A stretch of DNA of 56,731 nucleotides from Thermoplasmata archaeon (GTDB lineage: Archaea > Thermoplasmatota > Thermoplasmata > Lutacidiplasmatales > UBA184), in the NCBI GenBank assembly GCA_022750415.1, contig JAKIVT010000003.1, forward strand, positions 1-56,731. The letters run 5' to 3'. Of this stretch, positions 44,473 to 53,035 are shown in pieces. Position 1 is the first letter of the stretch. Each line of letters begins with the position of its first letter. The translations under genes were made by a program, and so were the position numbers. Under the pieces are notes generated by a model. The model was not told the DNA's origin, did not search any database, and worked only from the letters and a program-made list of their open reading frames with translations.

Positions 44473-47400
44473 GCCCGGACCTCGGCAAGGGGGACCTCCG
44501 CCCGGGCCGCCGGACCGCCGTGCGACGGGAACAGCACCCGGAACGTCGTTCCCTCGCCGGGGACGCTCTCCACGTCGATCCGACCTCCGTGGAGCTCGAC
44601 GAGTTTCTTGGTCAGCGACAGGCCGAGCCCGGACCCCTGGTACCGTCGGCTCGGGCCGGCCTCGAGCTGCTCGAACTCGCGGAACAGCCGGGGGATGTCG
44701 GCCGGGGCGATCCCGATGCCGGTGTCGCGGACTTGGAGCTCGAACTGCCCCTCCCCGCGCGGCAGTACCGAAACCTCGACCTGGCCGCCCTCGTCGGTGA
44801 ACTTGACGGCGTTCGAGAGGAGGTTGTAGAGGATCTGCTTGAACCGCAGCGGGTCGAGCCAGACGGTCGTGAGGTCGTGGGCGACGTGGGTCTTCAACGT
44901 CAGCTTCTTCTCGCTCACCATCCGCTTGACGACGGAGGCGACCTCGTCGACGGCGTGGCGCGGGGCGAACGCCTCCGGCGAGAGTTCCATCTTGCCGGAC
45001 TCGACCTTCGCGAGGTCGAGGACGTCGTTGATCAGCTGCAGGAGGTGGTTGCCGCTGTTCAGGATGTCCCCGAGGTACTCCCGCCGCTCGGCGTCGAGGG
45101 TCGCGTCGTCGCCGTTCAGCAGGAACTCGGAGAACCCGATGATGCTGTTGAGCGGGGTCCGGAGCTCGTGGGACATGCTCGCGAGGAACTCGCTCTTCAG
45201 GCGGTTCGCCTCCTGGACCCGCATGTTCTGGATCTCGAGCTCCCGGTTGCGCAGCTCGAGCTGGTCCCGGAGCCGTTTCTGCTCCGTCACGTCCCGGGCG
45301 GCGGCGAACACCCCCGCGAGCCGTCCCTCGGTGTCCTTGAACGTCGTCGCGTTGTACGAGATGTCCGTGACGGCGCCCGTCGGCGTCCGCATCGCGAGCT
45401 CGAAATCGGTGACCTTGGTCTCGCTCAGGACGCGGCGGATCGCCTGCTCCGCCATCCCGGGGTCGTTGAAGTAGTTCTTGAACGGGGTCCCCACCAACTT
45501 CTCCCGGGGAATGCCGGTGATGACCTCCATCTGCTTGTTGACGTCGGTGATGACCCCGAGAAGGTCGGTCGTCATCAGCGCGTCGATGTTTGACTCGACG
45601 AGGCCCCGGTTGTAGTTCTGCTGCTCGCGCAGCTGGGCCTCGAGCTTCTTCTGCTCCGTGATGTCCCGGGCGGCCGCGAGGACGCCGCGGACCTCGCCCT
45701 CGGTGTCCCCGAACTTTCCCGCGTTGAACGAGACCGGGATCTTCTGGCCGTTCCGCTTCTTCAGCATCAGTTCGTAGTTCGACACGAGGTTCTGCCGGAG
45801 CGCGGTTCGGACCCCCTCCTCCGCGCGTCCGGGGTCGGTGAACAGCTCCGGAAACCGGAGGCCGACGAGCCGCTTGCGGCTGAACCCCGTCAGCCGGACC
45901 ATCTGTTCGTTGAGGTCGGTGATGGCGAGGTCGGGGTCGACCGTCACGAGAGCGTCCGGCGAGGCCTCGATGAGGCCCCGGTTGTAGGTCTGCTGCTCCC
46001 GCAGCTTCTCCTCGACCTTCTTCTGCTCGGTGATGTCCCGGGCCGAGGCGAAGATCCCCTCGATCTTCCCCTCGATCCCCTTGAACACCGCCGCGTTCAG
46101 GGAGACGAGGGTGTGGCGGCGGCTGCGGGACTTGAGCCCGAGCTCGAAGTTCGACACCGACCCCTCCTGCAGGGTCCGTCGGACCCCGGAGGCCGCCCGC
46201 TCCCCGTCGGTGAAGTAGTCGCGGAACGAGCTTCCCACGAGGTCCCCCCGCGGGACCCCCGTCAGCCGGACCATTTGCTCGTTGACGTCAGTGACCACGA
46301 GGTCCGGGTCGACCATGAACAACGCATCCGGCGACGCCTCGATCAGGCTCCGGTTGTAGAGCTGCGACTCGCTCAGCTGGTCCTGAAGCTTCTTCTGTTC
46401 CGTGATGTCGCGGGCGGAGGCGAAGATCCCCCCGACGCGGCCGCCGGTGTCGCGGAACACCGAGGCATTGAACGAGACCTGGACGATCCGACCGTGCCGG
46501 CTTCGCAGCGCGAGCTCGTAGTTGGTGACGACCCCGGCCTCCAGGGTCTGGTGGACCCCGGCGGCGGCCCGGGCCGGCTCCGTGAAGTAGTCGGGGAACT
46601 GCGAGCCGATCAGCTCGAGCCGGCTGTAGCCGGTCACGCGGACCATCTGCTCGTTCACGTCGGAGATCGTCAGCGACGGGTCGACCGTGACGAGAGCGTC
46701 GGCGGACGCTTCGATGAGGCTCCGGTTGTAGTTCTGCGACTCGCGAATCTCTCCTTCGAGCTTCTTCTGCTCGGTGACGTCCCGGGCGGCCGCGAAGATC
46801 CCGCTGAGGGCCCCGTTGGCATCGCGGAAGGTCGTCGCGTTGAACGAGACCGGGGTCTCGCTCCCGCCCTGCGAGATCAGGACGAGCTCGTAGTTCGTCA
46901 GCTGGTTCTGCTCGAGCACGCGGCGGACCGCCGCCTCGGCCCGGGTCGGGTCGCGGAAGTACGCCTTGAGGGGCGATCCGATCAGCCGTTCCCTCGCCAC
47001 GCCGGTGATTACCTCCATCTGCCGGTTGACATCCGTGATCACCCCGAGGACGTCGGTGGTCAGCAGCGCATCGACCGACGATTCGATCAACCCCCGAGTG
47101 TAGTTCTGCGACTCGCGCAATTGGGCGTTCAGCTTCTTCTGCTCGGTAATGTCGCGGGCGGAGGCGAAGATCCCCTTCACCCGGCCCTCGACATCCTTGA
47201 ACACCGAGGCGTTCAGCGAGACCGGGAGCTGGAGCGCGTTCTTCGCGCGGAGGATCAGCTCGTAGTTCGTGACGAACCCCTGCTCGAACGTCCCCTTCAC
47301 GCCCGCGGCGGCCGCGTCGGGCTCGGTGAAGTACTGGATGAAGGCCGAGCCGATGAGCTGCTTTCGCGTGTGGCCCGTCAGCTTGACCATCTGCTCGTTC

Positions 47401-49019
47401 ACGTCGGTGATGAGCATCTTCGGGTCGACGATGACCATGGCGTCGACCGACGCCTCGATCAGGCCCCGGTTGTAGTTCTCCGACTCGCGGAGCTGCTCTT
47501 CCAGCGTCCGTTGCTCGGTGATGTCCCGGGCGGAGGCGAAGATCCCCTTCACGTTCCCTTGCGGGTCGGCGAACACCGACGCGTTGAGCGAGATGATCCG
47601 CTGGGGGCCTGTGCGTGGTTTGAGGACGAGCTCGTAGTTGGTGACGAACGACTCATCGAGGGTCCGGCGGACCCCGGCCACCGCCCGCTCGGGCTCGGTG
47701 AAGTAGGTCTTGAACGTGCTTCCGAGGAGCTCCTCGCGGGAGTACCCCGTGATCTTGACCATCTCCTCGTTGACGTCGGTGATCACGAGGTCCGGGTCGA
47801 CGACGACGAGGGCGTCGGGGGACGCCTCGATCAGGCTCCGGTTGTAGCTCTGCGACTCCTGCAGCTGGGCGTCGAGCTTCTTTTGGCCGGTGATGTCGCG
47901 GGCCGAGGCGAAGATCCCCTGGACCCGGCCCTCGATGTCCCGGAAGATCGACGCGTTGAACGAGACGACCTGCTCCGTGCCGTGCCGGGTCTTGAGAACG
48001 AGGTCGTAGTTCTCCACGTACCCCTTCTCGAGCGTCTGGCGAAGCCCGTCGGTCGCCCGTTGCGAATCGGTAAAGTAGTCGGCGAACCGACTCCCGATCA
48101 ATTCGTCCCGGTCGTAGCCGGTGGCGGTCTCCATCTGGCGGTTCAGGTCGGTGATCACCCCGTCCCGGTCGACGGTGATCAGGGCGTCGAGCGACGCCTC
48201 AATCAGCCCCCGGGTGTAGTTCTGCGACTCCCGGAGCTGCGTTTCGAGCCGCTTCTGCTCCGTGACGTCCCGGGCGGCGGCGAAGACCCCGCGCAGCTTC
48301 TGGTCCCGGCCCCGGACCGTCGTTGCGTTGAACGCGACCACCGTCTCGGACCCGTTCGCTGACCGGAGGGTCAGCTCGAAGTTCGTGACCCGGTCTTCGG
48401 CCAGAACGCGCCGGATCCCCTCCTCGGCCCGGGCCGGGTCGGCGAAGTACGTCTTCAGCGGAGTCCCGATCAGCTGCTCGCGCATCCGACCGGTCAGCTC
48501 CTCGACCCGTCGGTTGACGTCGGTGATCACCCCGAGGGTGTCGGTGGTCATGATCGCGTCCATGTTCGACTCGATCAGCCCCCGGTTGTACTCCTCCGAT
48601 TCGATGAGTTTCTGGTGGAGGTGCTGTTCGCTCGTGATGTCCTTGGAGACGAACAGGAACCCGACCGGCAGCCCCGGCTGCTCTCGCAGTACGGTCAGGA
48701 CGACCCGGGCCGGGAACGACTCGCCGCCCTTCCGGCGGCGGGTCATGACCCCCTCCCATTTTCCCTGCTCGAGCGCCGCCTTCAGCACGGAGTCGAACCG
48801 GCCGGCGGCGACGTCCTCCGGAGGGAGGAGGATTCGGCTGTCCTTCCCGATGATCTCGTCGGACGTGTACCCGTAAATCCGGTGCGCGCCCTCGTTCCAG
48901 AGGAGGATCTTCCCCTCGGAGTCCGAGGCGATAATCGAGTATTCCGTCGAAGATTCCAGAACGTTCTGTAGGAAGGTACGGTAGTCACCGAAGGGAGCGG
49001 ATCGTACCGTGGCTGTCAC
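44469..49019 (-). CDS. soluble multi-PAS sensor histidine kinase (10 PAS, HisKA, HATPase_c), 1516 aa
   Basis: No hydrophobic segment. Ten PAS-type units, each ending in F(A/V)(S/A)(A/K)(R)D(I/V)T(E/S)(Q)... H-box SHELRTPLNSI (about 45160). N box NLLSNAVKF, G1 DTGIGI, G2 GSGLGLS. Confidence 0.92.
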   Translation of the reverse strand: MTATVRSAPFGDYRTFLQNVLESSTEYSIIASDSEGKILLWNEGAHRIYGYTSDEIIGKDSRILLPPEDVAAGRFDSVLKAALEQGKWEGVMTRRRKGGESFPARVVLTVLREQPGLPVGFLFVSKDITSEQHLHQKLIESEEYNRGLIESNMDAIMTTDTLGVITDVNRRVEELTGRMREQLIGTPLKTYFADPARAEEGIRRVLAEDRVTNFELTLRSANGSETVVAFNATTVRGRDQKLRGVFAAARDVTEQKRLETQLRESQNYTRGLIEASLDALITVDRDGVITDLNRQMETATGYDRDELIGSRFADYFTDSQRATDGLRQTLEKGYVENYDLVLKTRHGTEQVVSFNASIFRDIEGRVQGIFASARDITGQKKLDAQLQESQSYNRSLIEASPDALVVVDPDLVITDVNEEMVKITGYSREELLGSTFKTYFTEPERAVAGVRRTLDESFVTNYELVLKPRTGPQRIISLNASVFADPQGNVKGIFASARDITEQRTLEEQLRESENYNRGLIEASVDAMVIVDPKMLITDVNEQMVKLTGHTRKQLIGSAFIQYFTEPDAAAAGVKGTFEQGFVTNYELILRAKNALQLPVSLNASVFKDVEGRVKGIFASARDITEQKKLNAQLRESQNYTRGLIESSVDALLTTDVLGVITDVNRQMEVITGVARERLIGSPLKAYFRDPTRAEAAVRRVLEQNQLTNYELVLISQGGSETPVSFNATTFRDANGALSGIFAAARDVTEQKKLEGEIRESQNYNRSLIEASADALVTVDPSLTISDVNEQMVRVTGYSRLELIGSQFPDYFTEPARAAAGVHQTLEAGVVTNYELALRSRHGRIVQVSFNASVFRDTGGRVGGIFASARDITEQKKLQDQLSESQLYNRSLIEASPDALFMVDPDLVVTDVNEQMVRLTGVPRGDLVGSSFRDYFTDGERAASGVRRTLQEGSVSNFELGLKSRSRRHTLVSLNAAVFKGIEGKIEGIFASARDITEQKKVEEKLREQQTYNRGLIEASPDALVTVDPDLAITDLNEQMVRLTGFSRKRLVGLRFPELFTDPGRAEEGVRTALRQNLVSNYELMLKKRNGQKIPVSFNAGKFGDTEGEVRGVLAAARDITEQKKLEAQLREQQNYNRGLVESNIDALMTTDLLGVITDVNKQMEVITGIPREKLVGTPFKNYFNDPGMAEQAIRRVLSETKVTDFELAMRTPTGAVTDISYNATTFKDTEGRLAGVFAAARDVTEQKRLRDQLELRNRELEIQNMRVQEANRLKSEFLASMSHELRTPLNSIIGFSEFLLNGDDATLDAERREYLGDILNSGNHLLQLINDVLDLAKVESGKMELSPEAFAPRHAVDEVASVVKRMVSEKKLTLKTHVAHDLTTVWLDPLRFKQILYNLLSNAVKFTDEGGQVEVSVLPRGEGQFELQVRDTGIGIAPADIPRLFREFEQLEAGPSRRYQGSGLGLSLTKKLVELHGGRIDVESVPGEGTTFRVLFPSHGGPAARAEVPLAEVRA
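45286..48634 (-). repeat. nine tandem 372-bp (124-codon) coding repeats (PAS modules 2-10)
   Basis: The anchor GT(G/A)A(T/C)GTC(C/G)CGGGC... (or its counterpart at the two end anchors) recurs at 45286, 45658, 46030, 46402, 46774, 47146, 47518, 47890, 48262 and 48634. That is exactly 372 nt apart every time. Confidence 0.9.
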
Positions 49020-49026
49020 TCGTGGA

Positions 49027-49032
49027 ACCTCC
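49027..49032 (-). promoter_or_regulatory. Shine-Dalgarno-like GGAGGT upstream of the kinase GTG
   Basis: Minus strand reads CCGGAGGTtccacgaGTG (7-nt spacer). A CTTATATC box lies further upstream at about 49077-49086, implying a leadered mRNA. Confidence 0.45.
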
Positions 49033-49172
49033 GGGGGCCGGCCACCTTCCTGGGAGCCACTTCCATTTCGGTGCCGCGATATAAGGTCACACCGTCGCGT
49101 CTCGGATACGCCGTATCCAGTCGGATAGTCGGCCGGGCCGCTCCGTCGGCCCGCAGGGGGGGCCGGGCCGGC

Positions 49173-50447
49173 TCAGCCGCCCGGGGCGGGGAGCGTCCGC
49201 AGGGGACCGGTCGGCCGTCGGTCCCCCGGCGGCGCGGCTGGCCCGGCGGCCGGGACCACGGGACGCTCCCAAGCGGCGACGGCGGTCCCCAAGATTGGGT
49301 CGCCTTGCCGGAGAATCGCGGCGACCTCCGGCCGGAGGATCTCGAGCGGGAGGGGCCCCCCCTCCGCCAGTGCGGTCCGGACCCGGGTCTGGCTCGTGGC
49401 GGCGCGCACCTCCGCCCGGTGCCCACAGCTCTTCTCCGACGCCATTTGCCCGCAGCGGGTGCAGTACGCCATCTCCCGGTACCGGAGCGGGGTAATCCCG
49501 ACCGAATACTGGTCGAAGATCTCGTGGCAGGCGTACGGCTTGTAGAACGAGCCGACGCCGGCCTGGTCGCGCCCGACGATGTAGTGGCTGCACCCGTAGT
49601 TTCTCCGCACGATGGCGAAGAACAGCGCGGCTCTCGGTCCGGCGTACCGCATCGAGACGGAGAGGGTCCCCAGGGCGACGCGTCCCGCCGGGTAGTACTC
49701 CCGAAGGACCGCCCGGTAGGCATCGGCGACGACCTGGGGCCGGTAGTCCCCCGGCTTCAGCGGGCCGACGACGGGGTGGACGAAGAGGGCATCGACGTCG
49801 TCCCGCTCGAGCGCCATCCGTTGAAGCTGTTCGTGGCCGGCGTGGGGGACGTTGCGGGTCTGGAACCCGGCGACGTTCTGCCACCCGTTCCGAGCGAACA
49901 ACGCCCGGGTCTCGGCGGGAGTGAACTCGAGCTCCGGCAGCGGGACCTCGGGGGGGCGGACGAGGTCGACCCGTCCGGCGACAGCGACCCCGCCCATGGT
50001 CCCAAGCGCCGCCACGTTGGGGTGGCGGACGTCGGTGGTGCCGTACACGCCCCGCGCGATCGCCGTCCGGTCGAGCGGGTACGATTCCCGGAAATGGAGG
50101 AGCGCAAAGAACCGTCCGGCCGGATCGAGGAGAGCGACCTCATCCCCCGGACGGAGGCGCGCCAACACCGCCTCGGCCTCGCGCCCGGGGGGGGTGAGGA
50201 CGATTGGAATGGGCCACGGGAGCGAGTTCGGAAGCCGGAGGGTGTGGACCACGCTCTCGAGCGTCGCCCGGTCCATGAACCCGTCGAGGGGGCTGTAGGC
50301 CCCGACCGCGATCTTCGCCGCGTCGAGCACCTGGTCGGTCTCGAGACGGAGCTGGGGAAATTCGTGGACCTGAGAGGCGAGCCGCTCGGCCTCCTGGGGG
50401 CCGAGCTGCCGTTCCACGAGCCGCCCGCCGTACGGGCTCGGGATCAT
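49173..50447 (-). CDS. sat: sulfate adenylyltransferase (ATP sulfurylase)
   Basis: GFQTRNVPHAGHEQL, VHPVVGPLKPGDY, SMRYAGPRAALFFAIVRRNYGCSHYIVGRDQAG, and a C-terminal Cys/His cluster YCTRCGQMASEKSCGH. Start set at ATG 50447 (MIPSPYGG). The upstream 59 codons of the track ORF are Arg-rich filler. Confidence 0.88.
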   Translation of the reverse strand: MIPSPYGGRLVERQLGPQEAERLASQVHEFPQLRLETDQVLDAAKIAVGAYSPLDGFMDRATLESVVHTLRLPNSLPWPIPIVLTPPGREAEAVLARLRPGDEVALLDPAGRFFALLHFRESYPLDRTAIARGVYGTTDVRHPNVAALGTMGGVAVAGRVDLVRPPEVPLPELEFTPAETRALFARNGWQNVAGFQTRNVPHAGHEQLQRMALERDDVDALFVHPVVGPLKPGDYRPQVVADAYRAVLREYYPAGRVALGTLSVSMRYAGPRAALFFAIVRRNYGCSHYIVGRDQAGVGSFYKPYACHEIFDQYSVGITPLRYREMAYCTRCGQMASEKSCGHRAEVRAATSQTRVRTALAEGGPLPLEILRPEVAAILRQGDPILGTAVAAWERPVVPAAGPAAPPGDRRPTGPLRTLPAPGG

Positions 50448-50718
50448 CGCCCGGTTCCCCCCGAGGGACCCGCGCTCCGCGCGCTGCTCCCTCCTCGAAT
50501 CGGAGCGGCGGGACGACGCGGGGGGCGGCCCGCGGAGTCGATGGGCCGGCCTTCGAGCCCTGCCACGCGACCCCCCCGCGTCATCGGCCCCCGTCGCCGG
50601 CTCCCTTCTATCGGACTGTGCCAAGGGAGCGCGCGCGCTCGGGCGTTCCGGTCAAACGGCCGCTGGCGACCCAATAGACCGGTGAACGGGGGCACATCCC
50701 GGCGGACGGGGTTCGGTG

Positions 50719-51387
50719 TTAAAGGGCGACCGTTTCCACCCGGGAACGGCCTATCGAATCGCCCCCGCGCCGGGTCGTCGATCGGAGCGGAACCGATGCC
50801 TCGAGCCTCTCGCCGTCGGAACCCCCGGGGTCGCGGAGCCGCACGGCCCCTCGCGCTTCGGCGGCGCCGAGCGCGGTCGATTCCGACCGGGCCGCCGCGG
50901 AGGAACGGGCGGTCCGCGTCTCGTCGGTGAACCGGAGGTAGAGGAGCACCGGCTGGGACAGCCAGGCGACGGTCCACCCCCGCTCGGTGAGCGAGTAGCG
51001 GACCCGCGGAGGTCGGGAGTCGAGGATCTCCCGACGGACCATCCCGTTCTGCTCCAGCTCCTTCAGTTTGAGCGACAGGACCCGCGGGCTGATCCCATGG
51101 AGGCTGCGGCGAAGCTCCTCGAACCCCGCCGACGGGAGGGCGTGCAGCGCGACCAGGACGTCGGAGGACCATTTGCCGAAAATCGAGCGGACGAGGTGGA
51201 GGTCGGCCCGGGCCGCCGTGAGCGGGTCCGGTTCGGCAACCGAGAGGTCCCTCACCCGCTCGGCGAGCCGGACCGCCGATTCCCGGAACTCGCTGAACTG
51301 CCGGCGAATCTCCTCTTCGTCGGTCCCCGCCGCGGGGGGCTCCACGATTCCCCGCGCCGCGGGGGCACTCGAACGGGTGGGAGCCAT
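50719..51387 (-). CDS. HxlR-family winged-helix regulator with N- and C-terminal extensions
   Basis: IFGKWSSDVLVALHALPSAGFEELRRSLHGISPRVLSLKLKELEQNGMVRREILDSRPPRVRYSLTERG. ATG 51387 has a TATA 27 nt upstream. The rest of the 723-aa track ORF is an artefact. Confidence 0.8.
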   Translation of the reverse strand: MAPTRSSAPAARGIVEPPAAGTDEEEIRRQFSEFRESAVRLAERVRDLSVAEPDPLTAARADLHLVRSIFGKWSSDVLVALHALPSAGFEELRRSLHGISPRVLSLKLKELEQNGMVRREILDSRPPRVRYSLTERGWTVAWLSQPVLLYLRFTDETRTARSSAAARSESTALGAAEARGAVRLRDPGGSDGERLEASVPLRSTTRRGGDSIGRSRVETVAL

Positions 51388-51410
51388 CGATTTGGGAACC
51401 CGGTTCCTCC

Positions 51411-51418
51411 GATATAAG
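51411..51418 (-). promoter_or_regulatory. TATA box (CTTATATC, minus sense) of the HxlR-family gene
   Basis: Centred about 27 nt upstream of ATG 51387. Confidence 0.5.
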
Positions 51419-51467
51419 TACGGAGTATTGTATCTGTGACGGTCGCACCGACCCATCCCGGGCGGAC

Positions 51468-51475
51468 CTAATACT
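51468..51475 (+). promoter_or_regulatory. TATA-like box (CTAATACT) of the AP-family gene
   Basis: Centred about 24 nt upstream of GTG 51496. Confidence 0.4.
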
Positions 51476-51495
51476 CGCTTCCCGGTCTCTCGTAC

Positions 51496-52950
51496 GTGAC
51501 GGGGTCGGCAGGCGACACCGACGGCCGGCGACGACTCCTCCTCTTCGGCCTCGACGGCGTCCCGCCGGAACTCCTCTTCGACCAACTCCTTCCGATCATG
51601 CCGAACGTCCGTCGGCTCGTCGAGCGCGGCGTCCGGGCTCCGTTGCGGACGACCGACCCTCCGATCTCGGTGCCCGCCTGGCCGGTGATGTTCACCGGGG
51701 TCGACCCCGGGACCCTCGGTCTCTACGGATTCCGGCACCGTCGGCCCCATTCGTACACCGAGATGTACCTTCCGACCTCCAGCGACCTCCCGGTGCCGAC
51801 GATCTGGCAGCTCCTGTCGGCCCGCGGTCGACGCGTCGCCGTCGTGGGGATGCCGCTCGGGTACCCGCCGCCCGAGGTGAACGGCGTCTACGTCTCCGAC
51901 TTCCTGACCCCCGGACACGCCGAGGTCACCACCTTCCCCCCCGAGTTGCGCGCCGACCTCGACGGGCCGGACGGGCCGTATCTGTTCGACATCCCGTTCC
52001 GGTCCGGGGACCTCGCGCGAGTCGCCCGGGAGATCTTCGAGATGACCCGTCGCCGGTTCCGATTCGCCGAGCGGCTCTACGCCCGGGAGCCTTGGGACGT
52101 CTTCGCCCTGCACGAGATCGGCACCGACCGGCTCCACCACGCGTTCTGGAAGCACTTCGACCGCAACCACCCGCAGTTCCAGCCGGGGAACCCGTACGAG
52201 CGGATCGCCGAGGAGTACTATGCGCTCATCGACGAGGGGATCGGACAGCTGCTCCGACAGGCCGACGACCGGACCGACGTCGTCGTCGTCTCCGACCACG
52301 GCAGCATGGCGATGCGCGGCTGCTTTTGCGTGAACCAGTGGCTCGAGGAGAACGGCTACCTCGTCCTCCGCCACCCGGCACCGCGTCCCTCCACGCCGCT
52401 CGAAGAGGTCGACGTCGACTGGGGCCGGACCACCGCCTGGGGCGCCGGCGGGTACTACGCCCGACTGTTCCTCAACGTCCGCGGCCGGGAACGGGACGGG
52501 CTCGTTCCCCCCGACCAGGTCGGGGCGGTGCGGGACCGGCTCATCGCGGACCTCCAGAAGCTTCGGGGCCCGGACAACGCACCGATCGCGGTGGACGTCC
52601 TCCGGCCGGAGCTCCTGTATCGCGGGGTCGCCGGGGACGCGCCCGACCTCATGGTCTACTTTGACGGGCTGAAGATCCGGTCGGCCGGAACAATGGGCCA
52701 TCCGACCGGGTTCCTCTACGAGAACGACTCCGGGCCCGACGATGCGGTCCACGGGCCGTACGGCGTGTTCCTCTACACCCCCGCCGGGGGGGTCGCGCCG
52801 GACCAATTGCCGGAGATTCCGATGGTCGACGTGGCGCCGACCCTGCTGCGGATCCTCGGCGAGCCGGTCCCGTCGCACGTGCAGGGCCACCCGGTCGAGG
52901 CGGTCGCCGGTGCCATGACGTGGCGGATGCCCGTCCCGAACCCGGCGTAG
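51496..52950 (+). CDS. alkaline-phosphatase-superfamily enzyme (type I phosphodiesterase/nucleotide pyrophosphatase-like)
   Basis: LLLFGLDGVPPELL (metal-site Asp), nucleophile region PPISVPAWPVMFTG, VVVVSDHGS (DHG motif). No signal peptide is obvious. Confidence 0.7.
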   Translation: MTGSAGDTDGRRRLLLFGLDGVPPELLFDQLLPIMPNVRRLVERGVRAPLRTTDPPISVPAWPVMFTGVDPGTLGLYGFRHRRPHSYTEMYLPTSSDLPVPTIWQLLSARGRRVAVVGMPLGYPPPEVNGVYVSDFLTPGHAEVTTFPPELRADLDGPDGPYLFDIPFRSGDLARVAREIFEMTRRRFRFAERLYAREPWDVFALHEIGTDRLHHAFWKHFDRNHPQFQPGNPYERIAEEYYALIDEGIGQLLRQADDRTDVVVVSDHGSMAMRGCFCVNQWLEENGYLVLRHPAPRPSTPLEEVDVDWGRTTAWGAGGYYARLFLNVRGRERDGLVPPDQVGAVRDRLIADLQKLRGPDNAPIAVDVLRPELLYRGVAGDAPDLMVYFDGLKIRSAGTMGHPTGFLYENDSGPDDAVHGPYGVFLYTPAGGVAPDQLPEIPMVDVAPTLLRILGEPVPSHVQGHPVEAVAGAMTWRMPVPNPA

Positions 52951-52992
52951 GCGACGCTCCGGTCGGCCCGCGGCCCGTCGGGACGAGCCGCT

Positions 52993-53007
52993 TCCCGCCC
53001 GGCGGGA
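52993..53007. terminator. short GC hairpin between convergent genes
   Basis: TCCCGCC-C-GGCGGGA lies in the 85-nt convergent spacer. Function inferred and weak. Confidence 0.25.
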
Positions 53008-53035
53008 GCCGCAAGATCTGGGCGGACCCGTCCCT

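Noticed and set aside
45286-48634. Strict 372-bp periodicity considered as a CRISPR-like or satellite repeat.
   Set aside because: The period is a multiple of 3 inside one continuous 4.5-kb ORF. Each unit translates to a PAS domain. There are no short direct repeats with unique spacers. It is a coding domain array.
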